Source: Actinotalea sp. (lineage in GTDB: Bacteria > Actinomycetota > Actinomycetes > Actinomycetales > Cellulomonadaceae). From it: DNA of 61,408 nucleotides. Each line of letters begins with the position of its first letter. The first letter of the stretch is position 1. A model generated the notes under the pieces. That model saw nothing but the letters and a program-made list of their open reading frames with translations, did not search any database and was not told where the DNA came from. Below, piece by piece: positions 20,062-33,826 of the stretch. Position numbers and translations under genes: made by a program. The DNA is taken from the NCBI GenBank assembly GCA_036504175.1, contig DASXVR010000094.1, positions 1-61,408 of the forward strand, written 5' to 3'.

Positions 20062-20801
20062 CGGCTGCGGCGCCACCCCTGCTCGAGGTCGACCTCGGCC
20101 CAGGGGTGCGCGCCGCGTTCACCGTCGCCGGCTTCAACCTCAGCACGCTCGTCGGCGACGACGCACGGGAGACAGTCCTGGCGCGCCGGCAGGCCCTGGG
20201 GGAGTGGATCGGGGCGCCCGTCGTCCTGGCACGCCAGGTGCACGGGCGCGGCGTCCACCTCTGCTCGTCGTCGGACGTCGACAGCCCGGCGGACGGGCTC
20301 CCCGTCCTGGAGGCCGACGCGCTCGTGGCGACCAGCTCCGAGGTGGCGGTCGCCGTCCTGGTCGCGGACTGCGTGCCGGTGCTCCTGGCCGACCCGTCGT
20401 CCGGTCTGGTTGCTGCGGTGCACGCCGGGCGGCAGGGCCTGGTCGCCGGTGTGGTCGACGCAGCCGTCGGCGCCCTGGTCGAGCGTGGCGTGGACGTCGG
20501 CGGCCTGCGCGCCGTCGTCGGTCCCGCGGTGTGCGGCGCGTGCTACGAGGTGCCCGCAGCCCTGCGTGACGAGGTCGACGCCGCCGTACCCGGAACCGGC
20601 GCGGTCACCTCCTGGGGCACACCGTCCCTCGACCTGCCCGCGGGGGTGCGCAGCCGGCTGACGGCGCTGGGCGTGTCGCACGTCAGCCGCGTCGACGCCT
20701 GCACGATGACCGACGAGAGGTGGTTCTCGCACCGGGCGTCACAGGCGCGGCAGGACCGGCCGGCCGGGCGGTTCGCGGCAGTGGTCCGGGCTGCACCCTG
20801 A
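20058..20801 (+). CDS. pgeF: Peptidoglycan editing factor PgeF/YfiH (YlmD) family
   Basis: [33 protein letters not shown]...WFSHR. Confidence 0.92.
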   Translation: MTAAAPPLLEVDLGPGVRAAFTVAGFNLSTLVGDDARETVLARRQALGEWIGAPVVLARQVHGRGVHLCSSSDVDSPADGLPVLEADALVATSSEVAVAVLVADCVPVLLADPSSGLVAAVHAGRQGLVAGVVDAAVGALVERGVDVGGLRAVVGPAVCGACYEVPAALRDEVDAAVPGTGAVTSWGTPSLDLPAGVRSRLTALGVSHVSRVDACTMTDERWFSHRASQARQDRPAGRFAAVVRAAP

Positions 20802-20921
20802 GTCGCCGGGACCGCGTGTCGCGCGGGTCGCCAGGATCGGGCTGGGTTAGCGTGATGACGACCGGATCGCGGCCCTCGGGCGGTGGTCCACCGAGGACGA
20901 CCGTTCAGGATGGAGGCCGCG

Positions 20922-21401
20922 ATGGCCGGAGCGCTGCGCAAGACGATGCTGTACCTGGGCCTGGCCGAGGGCGATCGGCACGGACAGGGCGAGTACGTCG
21001 ACGAGTACGACGAGGAGTACGCCGTGCCGCACGAGTACGAGGCTGAGGTCACCCCGCTGCACCGGTCGGCCACCCGTGGCACGACCCTGACGCAGAACCA
21101 CGCGCCGGCCCCCGAGCTGCGCCGCATCACCACCGTGCACCCGCGGTCGTACAACGACGCCCGCGTGATCGGCGAGGCCTTCCGGTCGGGCACCCCGGTC
21201 ATCATGAACCTGTCCGAGATGACGGACGCGGACGCCAAGCGTCTCGTCGACTTCTCCGCCGGCCTCATCTTCGGGCTGCACGGCGCCATCGAGCGGGTCA
21301 CGAGCAAGGTCTTCCTGCTCTCGCCCGAGCACGTCGAGGTCACGGGCGAGGAGCAGGTGGTCGCCGGCGAGCAGCGCGCCGGCTTCTACAACCAGAGCTG
21401 A
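20922..21401 (+). CDS. sepF: Cell division protein SepF
   Basis: [14 protein letters not shown] amphipathic N-terminus; [35 protein letters not shown]. Confidence 0.96.
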   Translation: MAGALRKTMLYLGLAEGDRHGQGEYVDEYDEEYAVPHEYEAEVTPLHRSATRGTTLTQNHAPAPELRRITTVHPRSYNDARVIGEAFRSGTPVIMNLSEMTDADAKRLVDFSAGLIFGLHGAIERVTSKVFLLSPEHVEVTGEEQVVAGEQRAGFYNQS

Positions 21402-21413
21402 CCCAGGGCTGTC

Positions 21414-21701
21414 ATGGTCGGCATCCTCCGGAACGTCCTGTACCTCGTCGTCCTGGTCTTCTTCCTGTTCCTCCTGGCCCGGCTGATCCTGGACTGGGTG
21501 CAGGTCTTCGCGCGCAGCTGGCGACCACGGGGTGTGGCGCTCATCCTCGCGGAGGCGACGTACACCGTGACGGACCCGCCGCTCAAGGCCATCCGGCGCG
21601 TCGTGCCGCCTCTGAACCTCGGCGGTCTGCGGCTGGACCTGGCGTTCCTGCTGCTCATGATCCTGTGCTCGGTGCTGCTGAACGTCATTCCCCTTCTCTA
21701 G
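21414..21701 (+). CDS. yggT: YggT/YlmG (SepG) membrane protein
   Basis: TYTVTDPPLKAIRRVVPPLNLGGLRLDLAF; lies between sepF and divIVA. Confidence 0.92.
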   Translation: MVGILRNVLYLVVLVFFLFLLARLILDWVQVFARSWRPRGVALILAEATYTVTDPPLKAIRRVVPPLNLGGLRLDLAFLLLMILCSVLLNVIPLL

Positions 21702-21819
21702 CGACACGCCGGGTTCGTTCACCCTGAGGCTCTTCGGCGGTGGGCAATGTCCGCTAACGTGAGCCGAGGCGGTCGGCGGACTGCCCCGGCCCGACCAGCG
21801 CGATACCCGAGGTGAGACC

Positions 21820-22524
21820 ATGGCTCTGCTGACCGCAGATGACGTCCTGAACAAGAAGTTCCAGGCGACCAAGTTCCGTGAGGGCTACGACCAGGACGAG
21901 GTCGACGACTTCCTGGACGAGGTCGTCAACACGTTGCGTGCGGTCACGGCGGAGAACGACGACCTCAAGGGGAAGCTCGCCGCAGCCGAACGCCGGATCG
22001 CCGAGCTCAGCAGGTCGGGCGGTGACGCCGCCCCGGCAGCCGTCGCAGCGCCCGTCGCCCTGCAGAAGCCCGAGCCGGAGCCCGAGCCCGAGCCGGCAGC
22101 GGTCTCGGCGCCCATCGCCCCCGTCGCCGCCCCGGTGCAGGAGCGCGTCGTCGCGGCTGCCCCGGCGCCCCAGCGGATCAGCGAGCCGGAGTCCGCCACC
22201 GGCATGCTCCAGCTGGCCCAGAAGCTGCACGACGACTACGTCCGCTCCGGCCAGGAGGAGGGCGACCGGATCATCACGGAGGCCAAGACCCAGGCGACGC
22301 GGATCGTGGGCGAGGCCGAGGAGACCTCGAACCGCACCCTCGCCCAGCTCGAGCAGGAGCGCAGCCTCCTCGAGCGCAAGATCGACGAGCTCCGGGTCTT
22401 CGAGCGCGACTACCGGACCCGCCTGAAGAGCTACCTGGAGAACCTCCTCGGGGACCTCGACGCGCGCGGCACGACTGTCGCACCTCGCTCCGGCGGGGAC
22501 CAGGGCCTGCAGTTCAACGGCTGA
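21820..22524 (+). CDS. divIVA: Polar growth scaffold DivIVA/Wag31
   Basis: LTADDVLNKKF...REGYDQDEVDDFLDEV; C-terminal coiled coil FERDYRTRLKSYLE. Confidence 0.96.
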   Translation: MALLTADDVLNKKFQATKFREGYDQDEVDDFLDEVVNTLRAVTAENDDLKGKLAAAERRIAELSRSGGDAAPAAVAAPVALQKPEPEPEPEPAAVSAPIAPVAAPVQERVVAAAPAPQRISEPESATGMLQLAQKLHDDYVRSGQEEGDRIITEAKTQATRIVGEAEETSNRTLAQLEQERSLLERKIDELRVFERDYRTRLKSYLENLLGDLDARGTTVAPRSGGDQGLQFNG

Positions 22525-22562
22525 CCCGAACCACCCGCCAGCCCAGCCTGACCCGACGTACG

Positions 22563-22596
22563 ACGCACCACACCGGGCGACCGGTGTGGTGCGTTG
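22563..22596 (+). terminator. Intrinsic terminator-like hairpin after divIVA
   Basis: ACGCACCACACCGG-GCGA-CCGGTGTGGTGCGT, a perfect 14-bp stem with a GNRA loop and a weak T tail. Confidence 0.8.
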
Positions 22597-22650
22597 TGCG
22601 TCATCCGTGGGAGGTCTACTCTCGCGTGACCTTCAGTAACAGGGAGAGAC

Positions 22651-23121
22651 ATGGCCATCGATGACACGGTGAGCGCGACCATCGCGCCCGTCGCCGCCCA
22701 CGAGATGCCCGACCTGGCGAAGGCGGTGCGCACCTTCCCGGTCCGCGCCGGGGAGAAGCCGTGGACGGTCAAGGAGGTCCGGGCCATCGCCGACGACCTC
22801 ACCGTGGAGATCGCACGTCTGCGGGTCGAGCTGTCCACCGCAGACGCCGACCTGTCCGAGCTCCTGCGCTACTCCGGCGACGGCGCCGGTGACGACCAGG
22901 CGGACTCGGGTTCGAGCGCCCTCGAGCGCGAGCAGGAGCTCACGCTGGTCAACAACACGCGTGACCTCCTCGACCAGAACGTGCACGCCCTCGAGCGGGT
23001 CGGTGCGCCGGGCTTCGGGACCTGCGAGTCCTGCGGCGAGGCGATCGGCAAGGCGCGCCTCCAGGCGTTCCCCCGGGCCACCCTGTGCGTGTCGTGCAAG
23101 GCCCGCCAGGAGCGTCGCTGA
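22651..23121 (+). CDS. TraR/DksA C4 zinc-finger protein
   Basis: Coiled coil with a GDDQADSG tip; CESC-x17-CVSC zinc finger. Confidence 0.9.
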   Translation: MAIDDTVSATIAPVAAHEMPDLAKAVRTFPVRAGEKPWTVKEVRAIADDLTVEIARLRVELSTADADLSELLRYSGDGAGDDQADSGSSALEREQELTLVNNTRDLLDQNVHALERVGAPGFGTCESCGEAIGKARLQAFPRATLCVSCKARQERR

Positions 23122-23124
23122 CCC

Positions 23125-23745
23125 GTGCGTGTCACCCGCCGTCCGCTCGTCCTGACTCTCTTCCTGCTGGCGCTGGTCGTCTTCGCGGTCGACCAGCTCA
23201 CCAAGGTCTGGGCGGTCGCGAACCTCTCCGGCGCTGAGCGCACCCCGTTGCTCGGCGACCTGCTGGGTCTGAGCCTGCTCTACAACCCTGGGGCCGCCCT
23301 CAGCTTCGCGACAGGCATGACCTGGGTCTTCACCGTCGCCGCCGTCGTGGTGACCGTCGTCATCGTGCGGGTCGCGAACCGCCTCGGCTCGCGCGGCTGG
23401 ACTGTGGCGCTCGGTCTGCTCCTGGGTGGCGCGCTCGGCAACCTCGCCGACCGCCTGCTGCGGCAGCCCGGTTTCGCGCGCGGTCACGTCGTGGACTTCA
23501 TCGCGTACGGCCGGCTGTTCGTCGGGAACGTGGCAGACATCGCCATCGTGACGGCGGCGGTCCTGGTGGTCCTGCTCACCCTGCGCGGCATCGGTGTGGA
23601 CGGGCGGCGTGGGGAGGAGTCCGCGGCGGGTCGGCACGCGCTCCCGCACGCGGCCGGCGACGACGCGCTTCCCGACGAGACCGTCGCACCCGAGCACGAG
23701 CCCCGCGGCGCTCACCGCGCCGACGCGCTAGCCGAGGACGGATGA
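23125..23745 (+). CDS. lspA: Lipoprotein signal peptidase II
   Basis: [34 protein letters not shown]. Confidence 0.94.
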   Translation: MRVTRRPLVLTLFLLALVVFAVDQLTKVWAVANLSGAERTPLLGDLLGLSLLYNPGAALSFATGMTWVFTVAAVVVTVVIVRVANRLGSRGWTVALGLLLGGALGNLADRLLRQPGFARGHVVDFIAYGRLFVGNVADIAIVTAAVLVVLLTLRGIGVDGRRGEESAAGRHALPHAAGDDALPDETVAPEHEPRGAHRADALAEDG

Positions 23746-24695
23746 GCGGCGTGCGCTCGATGCCCGTCCCCGACGGGCTCGCCGGTGAACGGGTGGACGC
23801 CGGGCTGTCCCGCCTCCTGGGGGTCTCGCGCACGCGCGTCGCCGAGCTGACCGCGGCAGGAGCCGTGACCGTCGACGGCAAGGAGGTCGGCAAGTCCGAC
23901 CGCCTGCCTGCCGGGGCGTGGCTCGAGGTGGACCTCGACGTCCTCGACGCCCGTGCTGTCCAGGCCGCCGAGGCGGAGGTCGGTGCTGCCGAGCCGGTTC
24001 CGGGGATGATCATCCGCTACGACGACGACGACCTCGTGGTCGTCGACAAGCCCGTCGGCGTCGCTGCGCACGCCTCTCCGGGATGGACCGGCCCGACGGT
24101 CGTGGGCGCGCTCGCCGCGGCCGGCTACCGGGTCGCGACGTCGGGCGCGGCCGAGCGCCAGGGCATCGTGCACCGGCTCGACGTCGGGACGTCGGGGCTG
24201 ATGGTCGTCGCGAAGAGCGAGCACGCGTACTCGGTCCTCAAGCGGGCGTTCAAGGAACGCACTGTCGACAAGATCTACCACGCGGTCGTCCAGGGGCATC
24301 CGGAGCCCACCACCGGGACCATCGACGCGCCGATCGGCCGGCATCCCACAGCGGACTACAAGTTCGCCGTGACGTCGGCAGGCAAGCCGTCGGTCACCCA
24401 CTACGAGGTCCTCGAGATGTTCCCGGCCGCGTCGCTGGTCGAGGTGCACCTGGAGACCGGGCGCACCCACCAGATCCGGGTGCACATGGCGGCGCTGCGG
24501 CACCCGTGCGTCGGGGACCTCACCTATGGCGGCGACCCTGCTCTGGCCGCGCGCGTGGGCCTCGGACGGCAGTGGCTGCACGCGATGCGGCTGGCGTTCG
24601 ACCACCCCTCGAGCGGGCAGCGTCTCGAGATCACGAGCGAGTACCCCGAGGACCTGCGCAGCGCCCTGGACGTCCTGCGGGACTCCTACCGCTGA
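23742..24695 (+). CDS. RluA/RluD-family 23S rRNA pseudouridine synthase
   Basis: N-terminal S4-like domain; [35 protein letters not shown]. Confidence 0.95.
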   Translation: MSGVRSMPVPDGLAGERVDAGLSRLLGVSRTRVAELTAAGAVTVDGKEVGKSDRLPAGAWLEVDLDVLDARAVQAAEAEVGAAEPVPGMIIRYDDDDLVVVDKPVGVAAHASPGWTGPTVVGALAAAGYRVATSGAAERQGIVHRLDVGTSGLMVVAKSEHAYSVLKRAFKERTVDKIYHAVVQGHPEPTTGTIDAPIGRHPTADYKFAVTSAGKPSVTHYEVLEMFPAASLVEVHLETGRTHQIRVHMAALRHPCVGDLTYGGDPALAARVGLGRQWLHAMRLAFDHPSSGQRLEITSEYPEDLRSALDVLRDSYR

Positions 24696-24776
24696 GCCAC
24701 TCGCCGGCCGCTCGCAGGCCGGTCGGTGGCTGGTCGGTGGCCGGGATGTCAGAGGGGGCGACCTAGAATCTCCCGC

Positions 24777-28316
<3,540 letters not shown>

Positions 28317-28362
28317 CGTCGCAGCAGGCTCCCGTCCCGGGGTCGCCACCTAGACTCGCCCG

Positions 28363-28770
28363 GTGATCCACCTGACGCCCGAGCAGCACGTGTTCGTCAC
28401 CGAGCGTCACCTGGCGACCCTGACCACGCTGCGCGCCGACGGGTCACCGCACGTCGTCCCGGTCGGCTTCACCTGGGACGGCGACCTCGGCCTGCTGCGG
28501 ATCACCACCAGGGACGGCTCCGCCAAGGTGCGCAACATCGAGCGGGCCGCCGACCTCGCGGGTGGCGCGCGGGCTGCGGTCTGCCAGGTGGACGGCGGTC
28601 GCTGGCTGACGTTCGAGGGCCGCATCGAGGTGTCCCGCGACCCCGACGAGGTCGCGGACGCGGTGCGCCGCTACGCCGTGCGCTACCGCCAGCTCGAGTT
28701 CGACGCCCGCCGGATCGTGCTGCGGCTGACGGTGGACCGGGTGCTCGGCTCGGACTACATGACGCGCTGA
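28363..28770 (+). CDS. PNPOx-like (PPOX class, probably F420-dependent) oxidoreductase
   Basis: LATLTTLRADGSPHVVPVGF...KVRNI...CQVDGGRWLTFEG. Confidence 0.85.
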   Translation: MIHLTPEQHVFVTERHLATLTTLRADGSPHVVPVGFTWDGDLGLLRITTRDGSAKVRNIERAADLAGGARAAVCQVDGGRWLTFEGRIEVSRDPDEVADAVRRYAVRYRQLEFDARRIVLRLTVDRVLGSDYMTR

Positions 28771-28817
28771 CCGGGGCCCGGGCGACGGTCCACCGTGCTC
28801 GGTCGGTCCTCGGCGGC

Positions 28818-29042
28818 TCAGCCGACGCGGTAGCGGTGCTCACCGGCAGGCAGGGCCACGACGACCTCGTCACCTGACGTCAGCTGACGTCCGCGGCGCT
28901 GCTCGACCTCGCCGTTAACGCTCACCTCGCCGTCCGTGAGCAGCGCACGCGCCTGCGCGCCGCTGTCGGCGATCCCTGCGAGCTTGAGGAACTGGCCGAG
29001 GCGGATGCCGCCCTCCTGGACGTCGACAGTCTGCGCACCCAT
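28818..29042 (-). CDS. S4-domain RNA-binding protein (YaaA/YbcJ-like)
   Basis: IRLGQFLKLAG..DSGAQAR....G.V.VNGEVE.RRGRQL..GD. Confidence 0.92.
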   Translation of the reverse strand: MGAQTVDVQEGGIRLGQFLKLAGIADSGAQARALLTDGEVSVNGEVEQRRGRQLTSGDEVVVALPAGEHRYRVG

Positions 29043-29083
29043 GGCCGCAGTGTGCCACGCGCCGGCCCGCCTAGACTTTCCGG

Positions 29084-30412
29084 GTGATCTCCCGGATCGA
29101 CCTGCGTGGTCGCACCCTCACCGCCCGTCAGCTGGCGGCAACCCTGCCCCGACCCGACCTCGACGTCGCCGGTGCAGCGGAGCAGGTCGCCCCCCTCCTC
29201 GATGACGTCCGCCGGCGTGGCGCGGCGGCCCTCCGTGACCTCGCCGAGCGCTTCGACGGTGTGCGGCCCGAGCACCTTCGCGTCCCCGTCGAGGCTCTCG
29301 CCGCAGCCCTGAAGGATCTCGACAGCGGAGTCCGCGCGGCTCTGGAGGAGGCGATCGTCCGCGTCCGCACGGTTCACGCCGCCCAGGTGCCGGTTGGCCT
29401 GAGCGTCGACCTGGCCCCCGGGGCGCAGGTGCGCCAGCGCTGGCTCCCCGTCGGGCGCGTCGGCCTGTACGTGCCCGGCGGGCTGGCCGTCTACCCGTCG
29501 TCGGTGGTGATGAACGTCGTGCCGGCTCAGGAGGCAGGCGTCCGCTCGCTCGTGGTCACGAGCCCGCCACAGCGGTCGAACGGAGGACTCCCGCACCCCA
29601 CGGTCCTGGCGGCGTGCGCCCTCCTCGGGGTGGACGAGGTCTACGCCGTGGGTGGGGCGCAGGCCGTCGCCATGCTCGCCTACGGCGCGTCGGGGGAGAC
29701 GGCCGACGACGGCGAGACCCTCTGCGAGCCGGTCGACGTGGTGACCGGTCCCGGCAACCAGTACGTGACTGCAGCGAAGAGGCTCGTCCGCGGGGTCGTC
29801 GGCATCGACTCCGAGGCCGGTCCTACCGAGATCGCCGTGCTCGCGGACGGCGGGGCCGACCCCGCCCACGTCGCCGCAGACCTGGTCTCGCAGGCGGAGC
29901 ACGGGCCGACCTCGGCCTCGGTCCTGGTCACGTGGTCGCCGGAGCTCGCCGACGCCGTGGAGCAGATCCTGCCCGGGGTGGTCTCCGCGACCCGTCACAG
30001 CGAGCGGGTGGCGACGGCGCTGGGCGGCCCGCAGTCGGCCGTCGTGCTGGTCGACGACCTCGAGCAGGGCCTGGCGGTGGTCAACGCCTATGGAGCCGAG
30101 CACCTGGAGATCCAGACGGCTGACGCCGCTGCCGTGGCCGAGCGGATTACGAGCGCTGGGGCGATCTTCGTCGGCCCGTACTCGCCGGTGTCCCTCGGCG
30201 ACTACATGGCCGGGTCGAACCACGTCCTGCCCACCGGTGGCTGTGCGCACTACGCGAGCGGGCTGGGTGTGCACAGCTTCCTGCGCGCCGTTCAGGTCAT
30301 CGAGTACAGCGCGGGAGCCCTCGAGGTCCTCGCTGACCGGATCGTCGCCATCGCCGACGACGAGGACCTCCCCGCCCACGGTGAGGCCGTCCAGGTCCGC
30401 TTCGCCCGCTGA
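29084..30412 (+). CDS. hisD: Histidinol dehydrogenase
   Basis: [55 protein letters not shown]. Confidence 0.97.
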   Translation: MISRIDLRGRTLTARQLAATLPRPDLDVAGAAEQVAPLLDDVRRRGAAALRDLAERFDGVRPEHLRVPVEALAAALKDLDSGVRAALEEAIVRVRTVHAAQVPVGLSVDLAPGAQVRQRWLPVGRVGLYVPGGLAVYPSSVVMNVVPAQEAGVRSLVVTSPPQRSNGGLPHPTVLAACALLGVDEVYAVGGAQAVAMLAYGASGETADDGETLCEPVDVVTGPGNQYVTAAKRLVRGVVGIDSEAGPTEIAVLADGGADPAHVAADLVSQAEHGPTSASVLVTWSPELADAVEQILPGVVSATRHSERVATALGGPQSAVVLVDDLEQGLAVVNAYGAEHLEIQTADAAAVAERITSAGAIFVGPYSPVSLGDYMAGSNHVLPTGGCAHYASGLGVHSFLRAVQVIEYSAGALEVLADRIVAIADDEDLPAHGEAVQVRFAR

Positions 30413-30467
30413 GGCCGCAGGCAGGTTTCGGTCGGATGACCTGAGCGCCGGTCGGTGCAGCCTCAGC
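30408..30467. terminator. Inverted repeat between convergent hisD and recQ-like genes (possible bidirectional terminator)
   Basis: GCTGAGGCCGCA (30408-19) pairs with TGCAGCCTCAGC (30456-67), one mismatch; each arm contains one of the two stop codons. Confidence 0.5.
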
Positions 30468-32685
30468 CCACCCCGAGGGCGAACGGCAGGACCGCGCGGG
30501 CACCGGCCTCGCGGAGCAGGCGCGTCGCCACGGTTGCCGTCCACCCGGAGTCGTACCTGTCGTCGACGAGCAGCACCGCGCGGCCCGTGAGCTGGTCGGC
30601 CTCCCCAGCCGGGAGGTCCAGCTTGAGGCGGCGGAGCACACCGGCCAGACGCTGGGCCGAGTTCACGTCGTGCCGCCCGGCGGGCAGGTCCCTGCGTGGG
30701 CCGAGCACGTCCAGCACGGGCACGCCGAGATGGCGTGCGACACCCGCTGCGAGGTGCTCGACCAGCTCGGGCCGGGCAGCCGAGCGGACCGGGACGACGA
30801 CGTCCACGTCCGGGGCCCACGAGTCGAGCACGTCCAGCACGGGGCGGCGCAGCGCGGGCGGGAGGGGACCGTCGGCAGGCGTGGTCCCGCCGCCGTCCGC
30901 GAAGAGGTCACGGAGCACCGACCCCCAGCCGAGCGCGTCGAGGCGTGAGACGGCTCGCCCGGGCTCTGCCCCGATCGCAGGTCCGATGCGCCCGCTCACC
31001 GGGAAGCCGAGCGAGGCCATGCCCGTCGGCCACTGCCGGCGTGGTGAGAGCTCGACACCGGGCACCGACAGGAGCGAGCGGGCCAGGGCGACCGACTCGG
31101 CGTCCGGCGCGCCCTCGCTCGCGCCGGGGCTGCACACGTCGCACCTGCCGCACCGCCAGTCGTCCCCGGGCACCTCCGGATCGTCCAGGGCCGTCCGCAG
31201 GAAGCGCATCCGGCAGCGGTCCGTCGTCACGTAGTCGAGCATCGCCTGCTGCTCGAGCGCCCGCGTGGCGGCGACCCGGGCGTACCTGACGGCGTCGTAG
31301 GACCAGGGTCTGCCGGTCGACTCCCAGCCCCCGCGCACCCGGTGCACCGCGCCGTCGACGTCGAGCACCTTCAGGAGGAGCTCGAGGCGCGCCCGCCGCA
31401 GGCTCACCCGGGCCTCGAGAGCCGCGGTCGACAGGACTCCGCCCGCCTCGCTCAGGGCGGCCAGGGTCGCGCGGACGTCCGCCTCGGGCGGGAAGGACAT
31501 CGAGGCGAACCAGTCCCAGATCGCCTTGTCCTCACGCCCGGGGAGCAGGATCACCTCGGCACGCTCGGTGGCGCGCCCGGCTCGGCCGACCTGCTGGTAG
31601 TAGCTGATGGGCGAGCTCGGCGCGCCCAGGTGCACCACGAAGCGCAGGTCGGGCTTGTCGAAGCCCATCCCCAGTGCCGACGTGGCCACGAGCGCCTTGA
31701 CACGGTTCGCGAGCAGGTCCTGCTCGAGCTCCAGCCGCTCGGCAGGGTCCGTCTGGCCGGTGTAGGCGCGGGCCTCGATCCCCGACCGGCGCAGGTGCGT
31801 CGCGACCTGCTCGGTGGCGGCGACCGTCAGGCAGTAGACGATCCCGGAGCCGGGCATGGCAGGAAGCCGCTCGGCGAGCCAGGCCAGCTGGGACGCCGCA
31901 TCGGGGAGGGAGTGGACCGACAGGTGCAGGCTCTCGCGGTCGAGCGAGCCCCGGAGCACGAGGACGCCCTCGGTCAGACCGCCGCCAGGGGCCTCGTGCG
32001 CCATCTGCTCCGCGACGTCAGCGGTGACGCGGGCGTTGGCCGTCGCTGTGGTCGCGAGCACCGGCGTGCCCGCGGGGAGCTCGTCCAGGAGCGTGGTGAT
32101 CCGCCGGTAGTCGGGCCGGAAGTCGTGGCCCCAGTCCGAGATGCAGTGCGCCTCGTCGATCACCAGGAGCCCTGCGTCGTGCGCGAGCCGCGGCAGCACC
32201 TCGTCCCTGAACCCGGGGCTGTTCAGCCGCTCGGGGGAGATGAGGAGGACGTCCGTCTCGCCGGCCCGGACCCGCTCGTGGACGCCCTCCCACTCGTCGG
32301 TGTTGGCCGAGTGGATGGTCTCGGCCCGGATCCCGGCACGGCGGGCGCCCTCGACCTGGTTGCGCATCAGGGCCAGGAGCGGCGAGACGATGACCGTCGG
32401 GCCGGCTCCCTGCCGGCGCAGCAGCGCCGTGGCGACGAAGTACACGGCCGACTTGCCCCAGCCGGTGCGCTGCACGACGAGCGCGCGACGGCGGTCGGCG
32501 ACCAGCGCCTCGATGGCGGTCCACTGGTCCTCCCGCAGGCGCGCGTCCGGCCGCCCGACGAGGGACCGGAGCACCTCCTCACCGGCTGCGCGCAGGGCGA
32601 CGCGGTCGATGACGGCCCTGCCCGATGCGGGGGTCGCGCCTGACGGGGCGTCCGTGAAGGCTCGGGTGTGTGGCGTCGGGGGCAT
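30463..32685 (-). CDS. RecQ-like helicase with a C-terminal phosphoribosyltransferase-like domain (RqlH type)
   Basis: QRTGWGKS, SPLLALMRNQ, IDEAHCISDWGHDFRPDY, ATSALGMGFDKPD, YYQQVGRAGR, Zn ligands CRM...CGRCDVC, C-terminal VLLVDDRYDSGWT. Confidence 0.93.
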   Translation of the reverse strand: MPPTPHTRAFTDAPSGATPASGRAVIDRVALRAAGEEVLRSLVGRPDARLREDQWTAIEALVADRRRALVVQRTGWGKSAVYFVATALLRRQGAGPTVIVSPLLALMRNQVEGARRAGIRAETIHSANTDEWEGVHERVRAGETDVLLISPERLNSPGFRDEVLPRLAHDAGLLVIDEAHCISDWGHDFRPDYRRITTLLDELPAGTPVLATTATANARVTADVAEQMAHEAPGGGLTEGVLVLRGSLDRESLHLSVHSLPDAASQLAWLAERLPAMPGSGIVYCLTVAATEQVATHLRRSGIEARAYTGQTDPAERLELEQDLLANRVKALVATSALGMGFDKPDLRFVVHLGAPSSPISYYQQVGRAGRATERAEVILLPGREDKAIWDWFASMSFPPEADVRATLAALSEAGGVLSTAALEARVSLRRARLELLLKVLDVDGAVHRVRGGWESTGRPWSYDAVRYARVAATRALEQQAMLDYVTTDRCRMRFLRTALDDPEVPGDDWRCGRCDVCSPGASEGAPDAESVALARSLLSVPGVELSPRRQWPTGMASLGFPVSGRIGPAIGAEPGRAVSRLDALGWGSVLRDLFADGGGTTPADGPLPPALRRPVLDVLDSWAPDVDVVVPVRSAARPELVEHLAAGVARHLGVPVLDVLGPRRDLPAGRHDVNSAQRLAGVLRRLKLDLPAGEADQLTGRAVLLVDDRYDSGWTATVATRLLREAGARAVLPFALGVG

Positions 32686-32833
32686 CTGCGGAGTCTGGCA
32701 GGCGCCGCCGACAGCGGCGCCCGGGCATCAACACCCGGCCCCCGCCTGCGCTGCGCGGGCGACCCCGCCGGACGAGGGGATCGGGCGGATCGAATGCGCT
32801 CGCGGACGCCCGGGCCGGTGCGACCATCGGAGG

Positions 32834-33742
32834 GTGAGTCGAACCGCTGCGGCCGCTGCCGTCCTCGGGTTGTCCCTCGTGCTGGGGACCGCGGCGTGCG
32901 ACGTGGGGCCCGGGGACCCGGCCTCGGCGCGCGGTGGTGGACAGGTGGCCAGTGCGTCAGGCCGGTCCGACGCGAACGGGGGCTTCGGCGCGTACCGGGG
33001 TGAGGTGACGGCCGCCGACCAGTTCCGCCCCGGACTGCCGGTGATCGTGGACGAGCCCACCGCAGGCGCGCCGGCCGCGGTCGTGGTCCTGGTTCCCGGA
33101 GGGGGCTGGTCGTCGGCTGACCCGGTAGGCCTGGCGCCGTTGGCGAGAGCCCTCGCGCGTGACGGCTTCTCCGTCGTCACGATCACCTACGGCACGTCGA
33201 GCACGGGCGAGCACTACCCGGTGCCCGCAGACGACGTCGCCTGCGGGGTGGCCTTCGCCGCGCAGGCGCACCCGGGCCTGCCGGTCGTGCTGGTGGGGCA
33301 CTCCGCAGGAGCACAGCTCGTCGCCCTCGTGGGCCTCGTCCCGCACATCGGGGCGGACCCGACCTGCCCGGCACCCCCGGCGGAGGCCGACGCGGTCGTC
33401 GGTCTCGCCGGTCCGTACGACATCGTGCAGACGGGCGGGGTGGCGAGCGCCCTGATGGGCGTCGACCACGCGGACGACCCGACGCTCTGGGACGAGGCCG
33501 ACCCGCTGCTGCAGGCGGGCGAGCGACCGCAGGTCCCGTTCCTCCTCGTGCACGGCAAGGCCGACCCTGTCGTGCCCGTCGTGTTCACCACCGACTTCGG
33601 CGCAGCCCTGCGAGCCGGTGGCCACGACGTGACGGTGGACCTGCTGCCCGGTGTCGACCACTCCACCGTGTACCGGGCCGGCGTCGTGGGTGACCTCGTC
33701 GCCGACTGGATCACCCGCACGGTCGTGCAGCCCTCGGGGTGA
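32834..33742 (+). CDS. Alpha/beta hydrolase (esterase-like), probable lipoprotein
   Basis: Signal peptide with lipobox LGTAAC; VLVPGGGW, GHSAG nucleophile elbow, HGKADPVVP, VDH. Confidence 0.85.
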   Translation: MSRTAAAAAVLGLSLVLGTAACDVGPGDPASARGGGQVASASGRSDANGGFGAYRGEVTAADQFRPGLPVIVDEPTAGAPAAVVVLVPGGGWSSADPVGLAPLARALARDGFSVVTITYGTSSTGEHYPVPADDVACGVAFAAQAHPGLPVVLVGHSAGAQLVALVGLVPHIGADPTCPAPPAEADAVVGLAGPYDIVQTGGVASALMGVDHADDPTLWDEADPLLQAGERPQVPFLLVHGKADPVVPVVFTTDFGAALRAGGHDVTVDLLPGVDHSTVYRAGVVGDLVADWITRTVVQPSG

Positions 33743-33826
33743 GGCACGAGGTGACCGCGGCGGCCTAGGATCGCTGCGGCGCGGCACAGGGCGGCGTCAG
33801 GGGGACCGTGGTCGGGAGAGTGTGAC

